Assembly: GCA_942493055.1 (NCBI GenBank)
Contig: OW818680.1
Coordinates: 4,544,174 to 4,608,173 of the forward strand
From: an uncultured bacterium
GTDB lineage: Bacteria; Verrucomicrobiota; Kiritimatiellia; RFP12; UBA1067
Direction of reading: 5' to 3'
Length of the DNA: 64,000 nt
In this document: one piece after another, positions 29,301-36,335 of the stretch
Position numbering within the stretch: position 1 is the first letter of the stretch
Layout: each line of letters begins with the position of its first letter
Notes under the pieces: generated by a model
What the model saw: the letters and a program-made list of their open reading frames with translations, nothing else
What the model was told of the DNA's origin: nothing
Database searches by the model: none
Made by a program: the position numbers and the translations under genes

Positions 29301-30369
29301 CGCGGATCGGAACAGGCCTGGCCCGGGCATCCAAATCATCTACGTCGGCTTCCGCCTTGCGAGGAACGCATCGATAGACGAGCCTTCTACTGCTGATGCC
29401 AAGACCGAACAGCAGATGCAACACGAAAACCGGGAAGATGGCAAGGAACCTGTTGATGGGCAAGCATGGGTCTCGCCCTCTTCGGGCATGGAATTCGTCT
29501 GGATACCTGCCCTGAAGATCTGGGTGGGCAAGTACGAGGTGACAAACGGCGAGTATCGGAAGAAGGAGGCTGCGCACGACAGCAAGGATTACAAGGGGAA
29601 CAGCTTGAACGGCGACCGCCAGCCGGTGGTGCAGGTGAATTTCGACGATGCGAAGGCGTATGCCGCGTGGCTTACGGAAAAAGACAGAGAAAAGCTAGGA
29701 GGAAAGCGTTATCGGGTGATCTCGGAGATGGAGTGGCAGACTGTGGCGCAGTGCGGTGACAACAGGGAGTACCCATGGGGAAACGCGCTGCAGCCGAAGT
29801 ACGGAAACTATTATAAAACAGACGCTTATGATGACGGGTTTGTGGTTACGTGTCCCGTGGAACAGAGCGGCAAGAACGACTGGGGCCTTTACGGGATCGG
29901 AGGCAACGTGTGGGAGAGCTGCGCGATGGACGTCTCCGGCTCGTCGTTCGGGGCTTGGCGCGGCGCGTCGTGGGGCTACGACTATCCCGACGTTTTGCGG
30001 TGCGCGGCTCGCGACGGCGGCGGCGGATCGGGCCGCAGCTACTTCTACGGCTTCCGCCTTGTCTTGTCAGGTAACCAGCGAAGTGATGTTGATGAAATAT
30101 CCTCATGTGTTAGCCTGATCAGGAATGCACTCTACAAAGCTTGGAAGCAACCGAAACAAAGTGAAGCGGGTTCACGTCCGGCCAAACTTTATATTCGCCT
30201 TGATGCTTCAGGCAGATTCGTCAATTATCGTATTACTCAATCGTCAGGCAGCACTATCTTTGACACGAGCGTACTGAAGGCCGCAGCCAATTGCCCGCCA
30301 GTTCGTGATGTAACAGCAGGTTTTCTTAAAAAGCATGACGAACTTACAATCGAGTTCAGACTCGAATAG
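26347..30369 (+). CDS. Hanks-type Ser/Thr kinase - TM - coiled coil - two FGE-sulfatase (SUMF1/DUF323-like) domains - TonB_C-like C-terminal domain
   Basis: Same kinase motifs as the previous gene. FGE-like blocks 'VSWDDCLAFIRKLN', 'RLPTEAEWEYACRAGSTGPY', 'GLYDMHGNVWEWCQDWY', then a second copy 'GLYGIGGNVWESC'. C-terminus 'LYIRLDASGRFVNYRITQSSGSTIFDTSVLKAAANCPP' is TonB C-terminal-like. Internal 36-bp tandem repeat at about 28270-28370. Confidence 0.8.
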   Translation: MSDGQQTMNNDVTRAVPGGAGRAELEPGTRLGRYEVLRLLGRGGMGQVYLARHELQKTLHALKILPSEFSGRAGFVERFRTELQTMARLQHPNIVHVQYSDVEAGLYYLVMDFVAADGTEEPYDLEEALAIEKRLEPEIVRRLMLRLCDGLSFAHGKGVVHRDLKPANILLTSKDLSAADVKICDFGLARVVGEEQVRTMVAQSMQRSMSIGDQDTFTEKKRSERSSTGSVMGTYGYMSPEQEEGKPADERSDLYALGVMMYRMITGQRLRGMAKPASQVVPGLDPAWDAIIGKCLENDPAARWQTAAELKASLAGGRVAVGSSSRQWNQAALWLVGAAVAVALGYGAYRMYATYRVEMERDRAASEQTAKLDAAQREKVAGLEAAAEAALAAGDLEKAGTKITELGQLGGTRVGVSELRKRYEAKAGEREVNKRYAAASLAREEAQKLNPGQGFGEKIKALETTWCEAEAARQSQGWGQAQTGYDAVLASCKALGELDVSRRGAEARRGEADKAKSDAEQAQSATDAADLYAAGGRGCARAAETFEKGEFDAAGKDWQEAVSAYTSARKNAVAAQDCRKVKASFESALARDRALLEKHGGAKWAEVQKQQKAAEVSSADPAEASRAYGLALAALPGAVTEAKAAEQDRLAKEKGDAEAKAAEQDRLAKEKGEAEAEQRRQASERKTREEKESRDLAEAAYTAWAAKAQPLAERLGRDITSVKGAAAKALLAETDAILIGTDKLDITYLTSASVSGLKALQTKLQSLKVGIKIGFEPGDTETVDLGSGVKIELAWCPAGSFMMGSPSTEANRESDESQHRVTLTKSFWLGRTEVTQAQWEAIMGSNPSKFKGSDLPVETVSWDDCLAFIRKLNGKLETGNLNFRLPTEAEWEYACRAGSTGPYAGTLEEMGWYFSNSGNTIHAVGRKCANAWGLYDMHGNVWEWCQDWYAEYPAGSVTDPEGPASGAGRVRRSGGWNMSKGNCRSADRNRPGPGIQIIYVGFRLARNASIDEPSTADAKTEQQMQHENREDGKEPVDGQAWVSPSSGMEFVWIPALKIWVGKYEVTNGEYRKKEAAHDSKDYKGNSLNGDRQPVVQVNFDDAKAYAAWLTEKDREKLGGKRYRVISEMEWQTVAQCGDNREYPWGNALQPKYGNYYKTDAYDDGFVVTCPVEQSGKNDWGLYGIGGNVWESCAMDVSGSSFGAWRGASWGYDYPDVLRCAARDGGGGSGRSYFYGFRLVLSGNQRSDVDEISSCVSLIRNALYKAWKQPKQSEAGSRPAKLYIRLDASGRFVNYRITQSSGSTIFDTSVLKAAANCPPVRDVTAGFLKKHDELTIEFRLE

Positions 30370-30586
30370 GTAGAGCGCGTCCCTCCCTTGAGCGCGGTAA
30401 ATCCATCTTCCAGCGTGATTGCTGGGATACGCAGTTGCGGGTGGCGAGAGTTGCCATGAAAAACGGGAATATGTTCGCAACAATCCCGTGCGACGGGGGT
30501 TGGTTGCGTGACCGGACGCGCAACCCTCCTATGCTTTGCTCCGGAGGCCAAGCGCGCATCCTTCCGAATCAGTGCCGGAAAATGCG

Positions 30587-30602
30587 CAGACAGGAATGTC
30601 TG
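30587..30602. promoter_or_regulatory. Perfect-arm palindrome CAGACAggaaTGTCTG (putative operator) about 90 bp upstream of the promoter
   Basis: Arms CAGACA/TGTCTG are exact reverse complements. Same 26-nt block 'cagacaggaatgtctg[c/t]gccaccttg' at about 46453 and about 55029. Confidence 0.4.
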
Positions 30603-30669
30603 CGCCACCTTGCGCGTCCATCCGAAATATCGAATAATGAATGATAAAATAAAATATTTAAAAATAGCA

Positions 30670-30700
30670 GTTGACAACAAACATAAACAAACGTTAAGAT
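30670..30700 (+). promoter_or_regulatory. Sigma70-like promoter: TTGACA - 17 bp - TTAAGA(T), AT-rich UP region
   Basis: ttgacaacaaacataaacaaacgttaagat, then ggcgtttta. RBS agaggag before ATG 30731. Near-identical module at about 46526. Confidence 0.5.
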
Positions 30701-30730
30701 GGTGGCGTTTTAAAGAAGAGGAGTATACTT

Positions 30731-31072
30731 ATGGCAACTGATAAAGAGTTTTTGAGTTTGGAGGAGGTCGCAGATGAGATGGGGGTGACTTATCAGCTCA
30801 TTTATCGTCTCGTGCGCTCGGGTGAGTTGCCCGCCGCTCGGATCGGCAAGCTCTATCGCGTGTCGCGCTCGGATCTGGGTGAGTATCTGCAGCAGAGTAA
30901 AAAGGGTTCGTTCGAGGGCGGAACGTGCATGGCCTGCGGGACCTTCTATCGGAGTAAGGGGACGCTTCAACAGGCGTGCACGGTCTGCGGCGCTCCGGTC
31001 TGTTTTGATTGCTGGGTGCGTCAAGGTGTGCGGGAGTGCGCAGCGCACAAGAACGAAGCTGAAAAGAAATAA
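30731..31072 (+). CDS. Excisionase/MerR-family HTH DNA-binding protein with C-terminal Cys4 zinc ribbon
   Basis: 'LSLEEVADEMGVTYQLIYRLVRSGELPAARIGKLYRVSRSDLGEYL' is an Xis-type HTH. 'CMACGTFYRS...CTVCGAPVCFDCW...CAAH' is a zinc ribbon. Confidence 0.6.
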   Translation: MATDKEFLSLEEVADEMGVTYQLIYRLVRSGELPAARIGKLYRVSRSDLGEYLQQSKKGSFEGGTCMACGTFYRSKGTLQQACTVCGAPVCFDCWVRQGVRECAAHKNEAEKK

Positions 31073-31165
31073 TTCACCCCTTTTTTCATGAATTAACGTT
31101 GACTCTGTTGGTGGCAATTCGTAAACTCTCAACAAAGATGGGTTTTAAAGAAAGCGAGGAACAAG

Positions 31166-32836
31166 ATGGGCATATTCAGTGATACGTGTGACGCATTGAT
31201 TGATCCGAATACAGGCAAGGCTTTAACAGCCGCTGCACTGGAACAGGGAAAGCTGGATCCCAAGTGGCCCAGATGCAATAACTCGGTACGCAAGGGTGCC
31301 CGCTTCTGCAACAAGTGCGGCTCTCCCGCGCCGGGCGGCTGGTGGAAGTGCCCCTCGTGTAATAAATGGATTGGCAATGACGCGCAGTTCTGCTCGCATT
31401 GCAATACGCCCTTGTATCCTGAAGACCGCAGTGCCATCGCGGGCGGGGTGTGGCGCAAGGATCCCGGACTGCTGGCCCAGCGCTTTGAAATCGGGGACAT
31501 CAAACGTCTGCTCAAAGATGATTTGCAGATTCAAGAGGGGACCGTCGCAGTCGTGATCGACGGCGGACATCTCCACGGGATACTCGAGAGCGGCCGTCAC
31601 AACCCTGATAGCCTGATGCGCCGGATCAACTGGTTCGGCAATCCGCCGCCGCGCTCGACCGTGCTCATGGACGCGGGCGATGTCGCGCTTCCGCTGAAGG
31701 TCGAGGGACTTCGCACGGCAGAGCATCATCCCATTGAATTCTACGGTGAGGTCATCCTGCGCTTTGTCAATGACAAGGCCTCCGCGCTCGCCTTTCTTGA
31801 AAACGCCCTCAAGGATCGCCGCCAATTGACCTATCAGGATATTTCAGCCTCGTTGCAAGGGGTCGTCCGGACGGCGGTGGATGCGCTCTGCGTGACCTCG
31901 AAGCTGGACGACCTGGTGCGTGATCCTGAACGGCGCATGCGTCTACAGGAGACCATGGTCCGGGTGATCGGCGAAGATGTGGGACGCTATGGACTCCAGG
32001 TGGTGCGCGTCTCCTCTGCGGAGTTCACGGGCGAAGCCTACGAGGAGTATGCCGAGCAGCTCGGCGACGTGGATATCAAGCGCCGCCAGCTGGAATATGC
32101 GGCCACGATGCGCGCCATGCTGAACAAAGAGACGATGTCCCAGATCAAGGACCAGAACGAGCTGTTGGAGTATGAAGCGCAGGCAGCCCAGGAGTTTGGC
32201 ATTTCGCAGGCGCATCGCGAGCAGGAACGCACCGTATTACTCCGTGGCTTTAATCACCAGAATGAACTGGACGAACTGCGCCATCAGCATGATGTTGAAA
32301 ACCAGGAGGTGGAGCAGTCCATTGGCGTCAAGGTCAAATGGGATGACTATAATCTTGAGCTTCAGATCAGGAAGGCCAACACGGATGCCGATGTACGGCG
32401 CATTGCTGTTACGCAGGAGATGGAGGAGGCCAGAGATGCCTTGAAGCTGCGGCAGGAGAAGGACCGCGTTGACCAGGAGCGCAAAGCCGCGGATGCCAAG
32501 CGCCGTGCGAACATGTCGTTGCAGGAACGGCTGATGGATGTGGATGATCCGGCGGTGCGGGCTCAGCTCCTGGAACTCATGATCACCGAGCGCAATCAGA
32601 ACATGACGCCCGAGCAGATTCTGGCCGAAGCGGCCCGGCACAGCCCTGCGGCTGCCGCGGCGCTCGCCAGCATGAGCGACAAGAGCAAGGAAAATGCCGA
32701 ACGTGTCTTATCGGAGATGAAGAAACTTTATGCCGATGCGAATGATCGGCAGGACAAGAATCTTAAAACCATGCTTGAACCAGCGGTCGAGGCGGCAAAA
32801 CGGCCCGGAGGGCCTCCGCAGACGATCATACGTTAA
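31166..32836 (+). CDS. Double zinc-ribbon + SPFH/Band-7 (flotillin-like) domain + long coiled coil
   Basis: 'RCNNSVRKGARFCNKCGSP...WKCPSCNKWIGNDAQFCSHCNTP'. SPFH-like 'VLMDAGDVALPLKVEGLRTAEHHPIEFYGEVILRFVNDKASALAFLEN...VVRTAVDALCVTSKLDDLVRDPERRMRLQETMVRVIGEDVGRYGLQVVRVSSAEF'. Glu/Arg/Gln-rich coiled coil follows. Confidence 0.55.
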   Translation: MGIFSDTCDALIDPNTGKALTAAALEQGKLDPKWPRCNNSVRKGARFCNKCGSPAPGGWWKCPSCNKWIGNDAQFCSHCNTPLYPEDRSAIAGGVWRKDPGLLAQRFEIGDIKRLLKDDLQIQEGTVAVVIDGGHLHGILESGRHNPDSLMRRINWFGNPPPRSTVLMDAGDVALPLKVEGLRTAEHHPIEFYGEVILRFVNDKASALAFLENALKDRRQLTYQDISASLQGVVRTAVDALCVTSKLDDLVRDPERRMRLQETMVRVIGEDVGRYGLQVVRVSSAEFTGEAYEEYAEQLGDVDIKRRQLEYAATMRAMLNKETMSQIKDQNELLEYEAQAAQEFGISQAHREQERTVLLRGFNHQNELDELRHQHDVENQEVEQSIGVKVKWDDYNLELQIRKANTDADVRRIAVTQEMEEARDALKLRQEKDRVDQERKAADAKRRANMSLQERLMDVDDPAVRAQLLELMITERNQNMTPEQILAEAARHSPAAAAALASMSDKSKENAERVLSEMKKLYADANDRQDKNLKTMLEPAVEAAKRPGGPPQTIIR

Positions 32837-32854
32837 AACAGAGGACTAAAAATA

Positions 32855-34348
32855 ATGGCGCGTATCACGTGCAAGGAGTGTGGCAAACGGACTGCTGAGG
32901 GGCCGTTCTGCGATGAGTGCGGCGCTGCGCAGGACGGCTCCGTCAACCCATTAGCCCAGAAGCCGGAACCGGCTCCCTTCCGGGACGACTTGCCGACTCA
33001 AGATAAAAAAATTGTGATTGAGCTGCCCAGCCAGGAGAGGCCGCAGCCGGCGACGCAGGCTGCGACTTCTTCGCAGAGTGAACCCTTCTCCTCTACCTTT
33101 GACGACTGTCCCTGGTTGTGGGTGGAGCGCGACCGGATGATCTCCTGTCTGGAGAATGCGAATGGCGTTTTGCGGTTCAAGCTCTCCGCCCATGCGGAGG
33201 GCATGGAGGATGTGCGTGTGAACCTGCGCTTCCAGAGGGGAAGCGCTGCGGCGATCCCCTGGATGAAGCCAAAATTCGGCCAAACCAAAGAGCTGAAGCT
33301 GAATATTCCTCCGATGCCGCCAGGGGCGCATCCAGTGGAACTGCATCTTCAGCTTCGCAAAGATCACCAGAATCTGAAATTCGAGACCACGATCGAACTC
33401 TACGTCTATCCCACGGACAGTTCGGCCGGAAAAATCGCTGAGAGTATTGTCTTTAACATCACGAACGACATCAAGACAGGGCATGCCTCGGATGTGCATC
33501 TGTCACAGGATGCGGCGAGTGCGTTTAAGCAGTTCACGAAAAATGGACATCCGCACGCCTTGACAGATCTCTTGAATCTGATGAACACGGAACTGCGCGC
33601 CTATCGCCGAGAGGAACTCTATGAGGCTGGTTGCGAAAGTGCACCCGCGTCTCCGACGCCCCCTCCGCAGGAGGCGCTCTGCAAACGCCTCTCCCTTTCT
33701 GTGGGAGGACAGATGCTGCATCTGATTGCTGAGCGCCGGGCGACGCTGGGCAAGAACCGGGACAATCACGTGGTGACGCGCCGCTTCAATCCGCAAGGTG
33801 TTGCGGATGTGCAACTCTGCGAACGGATCAGCAAGTTTCACTGCACTGTGGAGCTGGAGGGTATGGCGTGTGTGCTTCAAGATGGCGTACGGGATGAGTA
33901 CGGCCGTCCCAAGCCTTCGACCTGGGGCATCTCCTGGCAGGGAAAAGCGATACAGGGGTCCCTGCGGCTTCCCCTGGAGACCCTGCCAGCGCGCGGGCAA
34001 CTGGGTTTGGTCAACAACGTAGGCCACTCGGATTTCGAGTTGACCGTCTGTCCACATCCCTTTGATTTTACCCAGTGTTCCACCTGCAGCCAGCAAGCCC
34101 GTCAAGCCTGCTCGAATGGACGCATCCCGGCGCTGCTGCTGCGCAGGACCGATCAGGTGCAGGAGCACTATCTGCTGGCGTGGTCCTGCTTTGATTTAGG
34201 GTGCGTGTTTCCTGAGTGCGCGGGCATGGTGGTCTGCTATGAACAGGGCGCCTTTTCCATCCGCTCCTCAGGCACGTTCGGCTGGCTTGTGCCAGGACGG
34301 CACGTCGGCATGATCGAAGTCCGGTCATTTGCTCAGTATGGATTGTAA
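32855..34348 (+). CDS. N-terminal zinc ribbon + FHA (phosphothreonine-binding) domain protein
   Basis: 'CKECGKRTAEGPFCDECGA'. FHA block 'ATLGKNRDNHVVTRRFNPQGVADVQLCERISKFHCTVELEGMACVLQDG...STWGISWQGKAIQG' (G-R...S..H......L.D..S.NG pattern). Confidence 0.6.
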   Translation: MARITCKECGKRTAEGPFCDECGAAQDGSVNPLAQKPEPAPFRDDLPTQDKKIVIELPSQERPQPATQAATSSQSEPFSSTFDDCPWLWVERDRMISCLENANGVLRFKLSAHAEGMEDVRVNLRFQRGSAAAIPWMKPKFGQTKELKLNIPPMPPGAHPVELHLQLRKDHQNLKFETTIELYVYPTDSSAGKIAESIVFNITNDIKTGHASDVHLSQDAASAFKQFTKNGHPHALTDLLNLMNTELRAYRREELYEAGCESAPASPTPPPQEALCKRLSLSVGGQMLHLIAERRATLGKNRDNHVVTRRFNPQGVADVQLCERISKFHCTVELEGMACVLQDGVRDEYGRPKPSTWGISWQGKAIQGSLRLPLETLPARGQLGLVNNVGHSDFELTVCPHPFDFTQCSTCSQQARQACSNGRIPALLLRRTDQVQEHYLLAWSCFDLGCVFPECAGMVVCYEQGAFSIRSSGTFGWLVPGRHVGMIEVRSFAQYGL

Positions 34349-34374
34349 GATGTTCAACAAAGGAGGGGTGTATC

Positions 34375-35004
34375 ATGGCTTTTTTATTTATTAAGACGAA
34401 GAAGGAGAAGGCACGCGAGGTGCGTAAGGATCGCCGCCGCGCGTTCCGTCAGGCTGAGAATTCGATTCAGGATGTGAAGGACCGTGCCAAGCGCATGGAC
34501 AAGGATGCCGATGCCGACTGGCAGAAGGCGCGCGATGCGCTGAAGGAAGGCAAGAAGGCCGCGGCCCAGCGTGCGCTGACGAGCTATCGGGCTGCTCAGG
34601 TGCTGATGACCAAGCTGGAACAGAAACGGTGGGTCTTCGAGCAGTACCTGATGAAGATGGAGGCCGCAGGAACCGATGCCGAATTTGCGAATGCCCTTGC
34701 CTCGGTCAACAAGGTGACCGACATCAATCCTGAGATGGTCGAGGATGTCTTCGACACCGCCGGCGAACTGCTCGGCGAACAGCAGGACGCGGACCGTTTC
34801 TGGTCCTCCCTGTACGACAAGGAGATGGAAGGGGCGACCGGTTCATTGCAGGATCACATCCCCTCCATGGAAGAACTCAGCCAGGCGCTGGAACAGGAAG
34901 TCGCCGCTGAAATTTCAGGGAGCGGTGCCAAGACCGCCTCCGAGATGGAACGCCGCATCGGCTCAGGACAGGACAAGGTGCGCGAGATGCTCGGCGGGAA
35001 GTAA
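34375..35004 (+). CDS. ESCRT-III/Snf7/PspA-superfamily-like coiled-coil protein
   Basis: 209 aa. Basic N-terminus (KTKKEKAREVRKDRRR). 'KKAAAQRALTSYRAAQVLMTKLEQKRWVFEQYLMKMEAAGTDAEFANALASVNKVTDINPEMVEDVFDTAGELLGEQQD' parallels Snf7 'KKRYEKQL...EALENANTNTEVLKNM..AAKAMK...MDIDKVDELMQDIADQQELAEEIS'. Acidic C-terminus. Assignment by motif only. Confidence 0.45.
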   Translation: MAFLFIKTKKEKAREVRKDRRRAFRQAENSIQDVKDRAKRMDKDADADWQKARDALKEGKKAAAQRALTSYRAAQVLMTKLEQKRWVFEQYLMKMEAAGTDAEFANALASVNKVTDINPEMVEDVFDTAGELLGEQQDADRFWSSLYDKEMEGATGSLQDHIPSMEELSQALEQEVAAEISGSGAKTASEMERRIGSGQDKVREMLGGK

Positions 35005-35189
35005 GCGATGTAAGAGCCCATGCGGGAACAAACTGACTTGTGATTTTTTTCTCACAGAGGCACAGAGCTCACAGAGAAATGCTTTTGTCGCGTTTTTAGG
35101 GTGTTGCGTGGAAACCCCAATAGAAATTACACGCGCTCGTCCTTCCCATAACGCGTGCCTCTTTTTTTGTTTTTTGTAAAGGTTCAGTT

Positions 35190-36329
35190 ATGAAGACATT
35201 AGCAGAGATGAAGGCTGAGCATGAACAAGCGTGTGCCGAATTCGTGAAGGTGCATGACTATGCCCGCGCAGCAGTGGAGGCCGCGCGTGCGGCTGAATAC
35301 GGTTATGCGCTTGCCGGGCGTACCTCCGGTTCTGTCGCAGAGGCGCATACGCAAGACGCGGATGGGTGGGTGGCGTTGTCAGGAGAGCTGAAGAAGAGAA
35401 AGTCGGCAGTGGGCAGTGGGCAGTCGGCAGTTGATGGGAGGAGATCTGACGGTGGAGAACAGAAGGCCGATGCAGAAGCGACGGGCGGCGATGAGTGGCT
35501 GGTGGCGGAGAAGCCGGATGTGACCTTTGAGGATATTTGCGGGATGGCGGAGGCCAAGCGCGTGATTCATGAAATGGTGGTCTATCCCATGAGCAGTCCT
35601 GAAAAAGCCCGGGCGTTGGGACTGAATGCCGGTGGCGGCGTCCTTGTCTATGGCCCTCCCGGGACTGGAAAGACCATGCTGGGCAAGGCTGTCGCGGGTG
35701 TGTTGCAGTGTCCCTTCTATTATGCCTCGGGTGCTCAAGTGCGCTCGAAGTGGTACGGAGAGTCTGAGCAGCGGTTGAGCCGCTTGATTAAGACGGCCCA
35801 GGAGCAGCCCATGGCGGTTCTCTTTCTCGATGAGGTCGAAGCGCTCCTGCCCAAGCGGGAGGATGGCACGTCTGGAGCGGATCATCGCCTGGTGACGCAG
35901 TTTCTGGCGGATGTCGGCGGCTTCAGGGAGACTAAAAATATTCTCTTGATCCTCGGTGCGACGAACAAGCCCTGGGAGATCGACGAGGCGGTCTTCCGCT
36001 CAGGCCGCTTCGATGAAAAGATCTATATCGGATCCCCGGACTATGAAGCCCGCTTAGGCATCCTCAAAAAACATATTGGCATTGCCGCATGCGACGAAGC
36101 CGTGAACATGGAGTCCCTTGCTGAATCGTTGGAAGGATTTTCAGGAAGTGATGTGGCCGGAATTGTTCATGCCGCTAAACGGTTGGCTCTGGGGCGCGCC
36201 GTCCTCACGGAGCGCGAGCCTGTGATCATTGCCGATGATTTTGAAAACGCCCGGCAACGGATACCGAGTTCGATCACGTCTGAGATGCTGTCCGAGTTCG
36301 AGGCCTTTAAGAAAAAAAGATTCGGATAA
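35190..36329 (+). CDS. AAA+ ATPase, Vps4/CDC48-like clade, with about 110-aa helical N-domain (possible MIT-like)
   Basis: 'PDVTFEDICGMAEAKRVIHEMVVYP', Walker A 'GVLVYGPPGTGKTMLGKAVAG', 'SKWYGESEQRLSRLIKTAQEQPMAVLFLDEVEALL' (Walker B/DEVE), SRH 'LILGATNKPWEIDEAVFRSGRFDEKIYIGSPD'. GCAGTNG microsatellite encodes the 'SAVGSGQSAVDG' linker. Confidence 0.75.
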   Translation: MKTLAEMKAEHEQACAEFVKVHDYARAAVEAARAAEYGYALAGRTSGSVAEAHTQDADGWVALSGELKKRKSAVGSGQSAVDGRRSDGGEQKADAEATGGDEWLVAEKPDVTFEDICGMAEAKRVIHEMVVYPMSSPEKARALGLNAGGGVLVYGPPGTGKTMLGKAVAGVLQCPFYYASGAQVRSKWYGESEQRLSRLIKTAQEQPMAVLFLDEVEALLPKREDGTSGADHRLVTQFLADVGGFRETKNILLILGATNKPWEIDEAVFRSGRFDEKIYIGSPDYEARLGILKKHIGIAACDEAVNMESLAESLEGFSGSDVAGIVHAAKRLALGRAVLTEREPVIIADDFENARQRIPSSITSEMLSEFEAFKKKRFG

Positions 36330-36335
36330 CACAAC

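Noticed and set aside
30435-30741. ORFs 30435 and 30508 overlapping the operator/promoter region
   Set aside because: They span the AT-rich promoter and repeat sequences and run into the start of 30731. Most likely non-coding.
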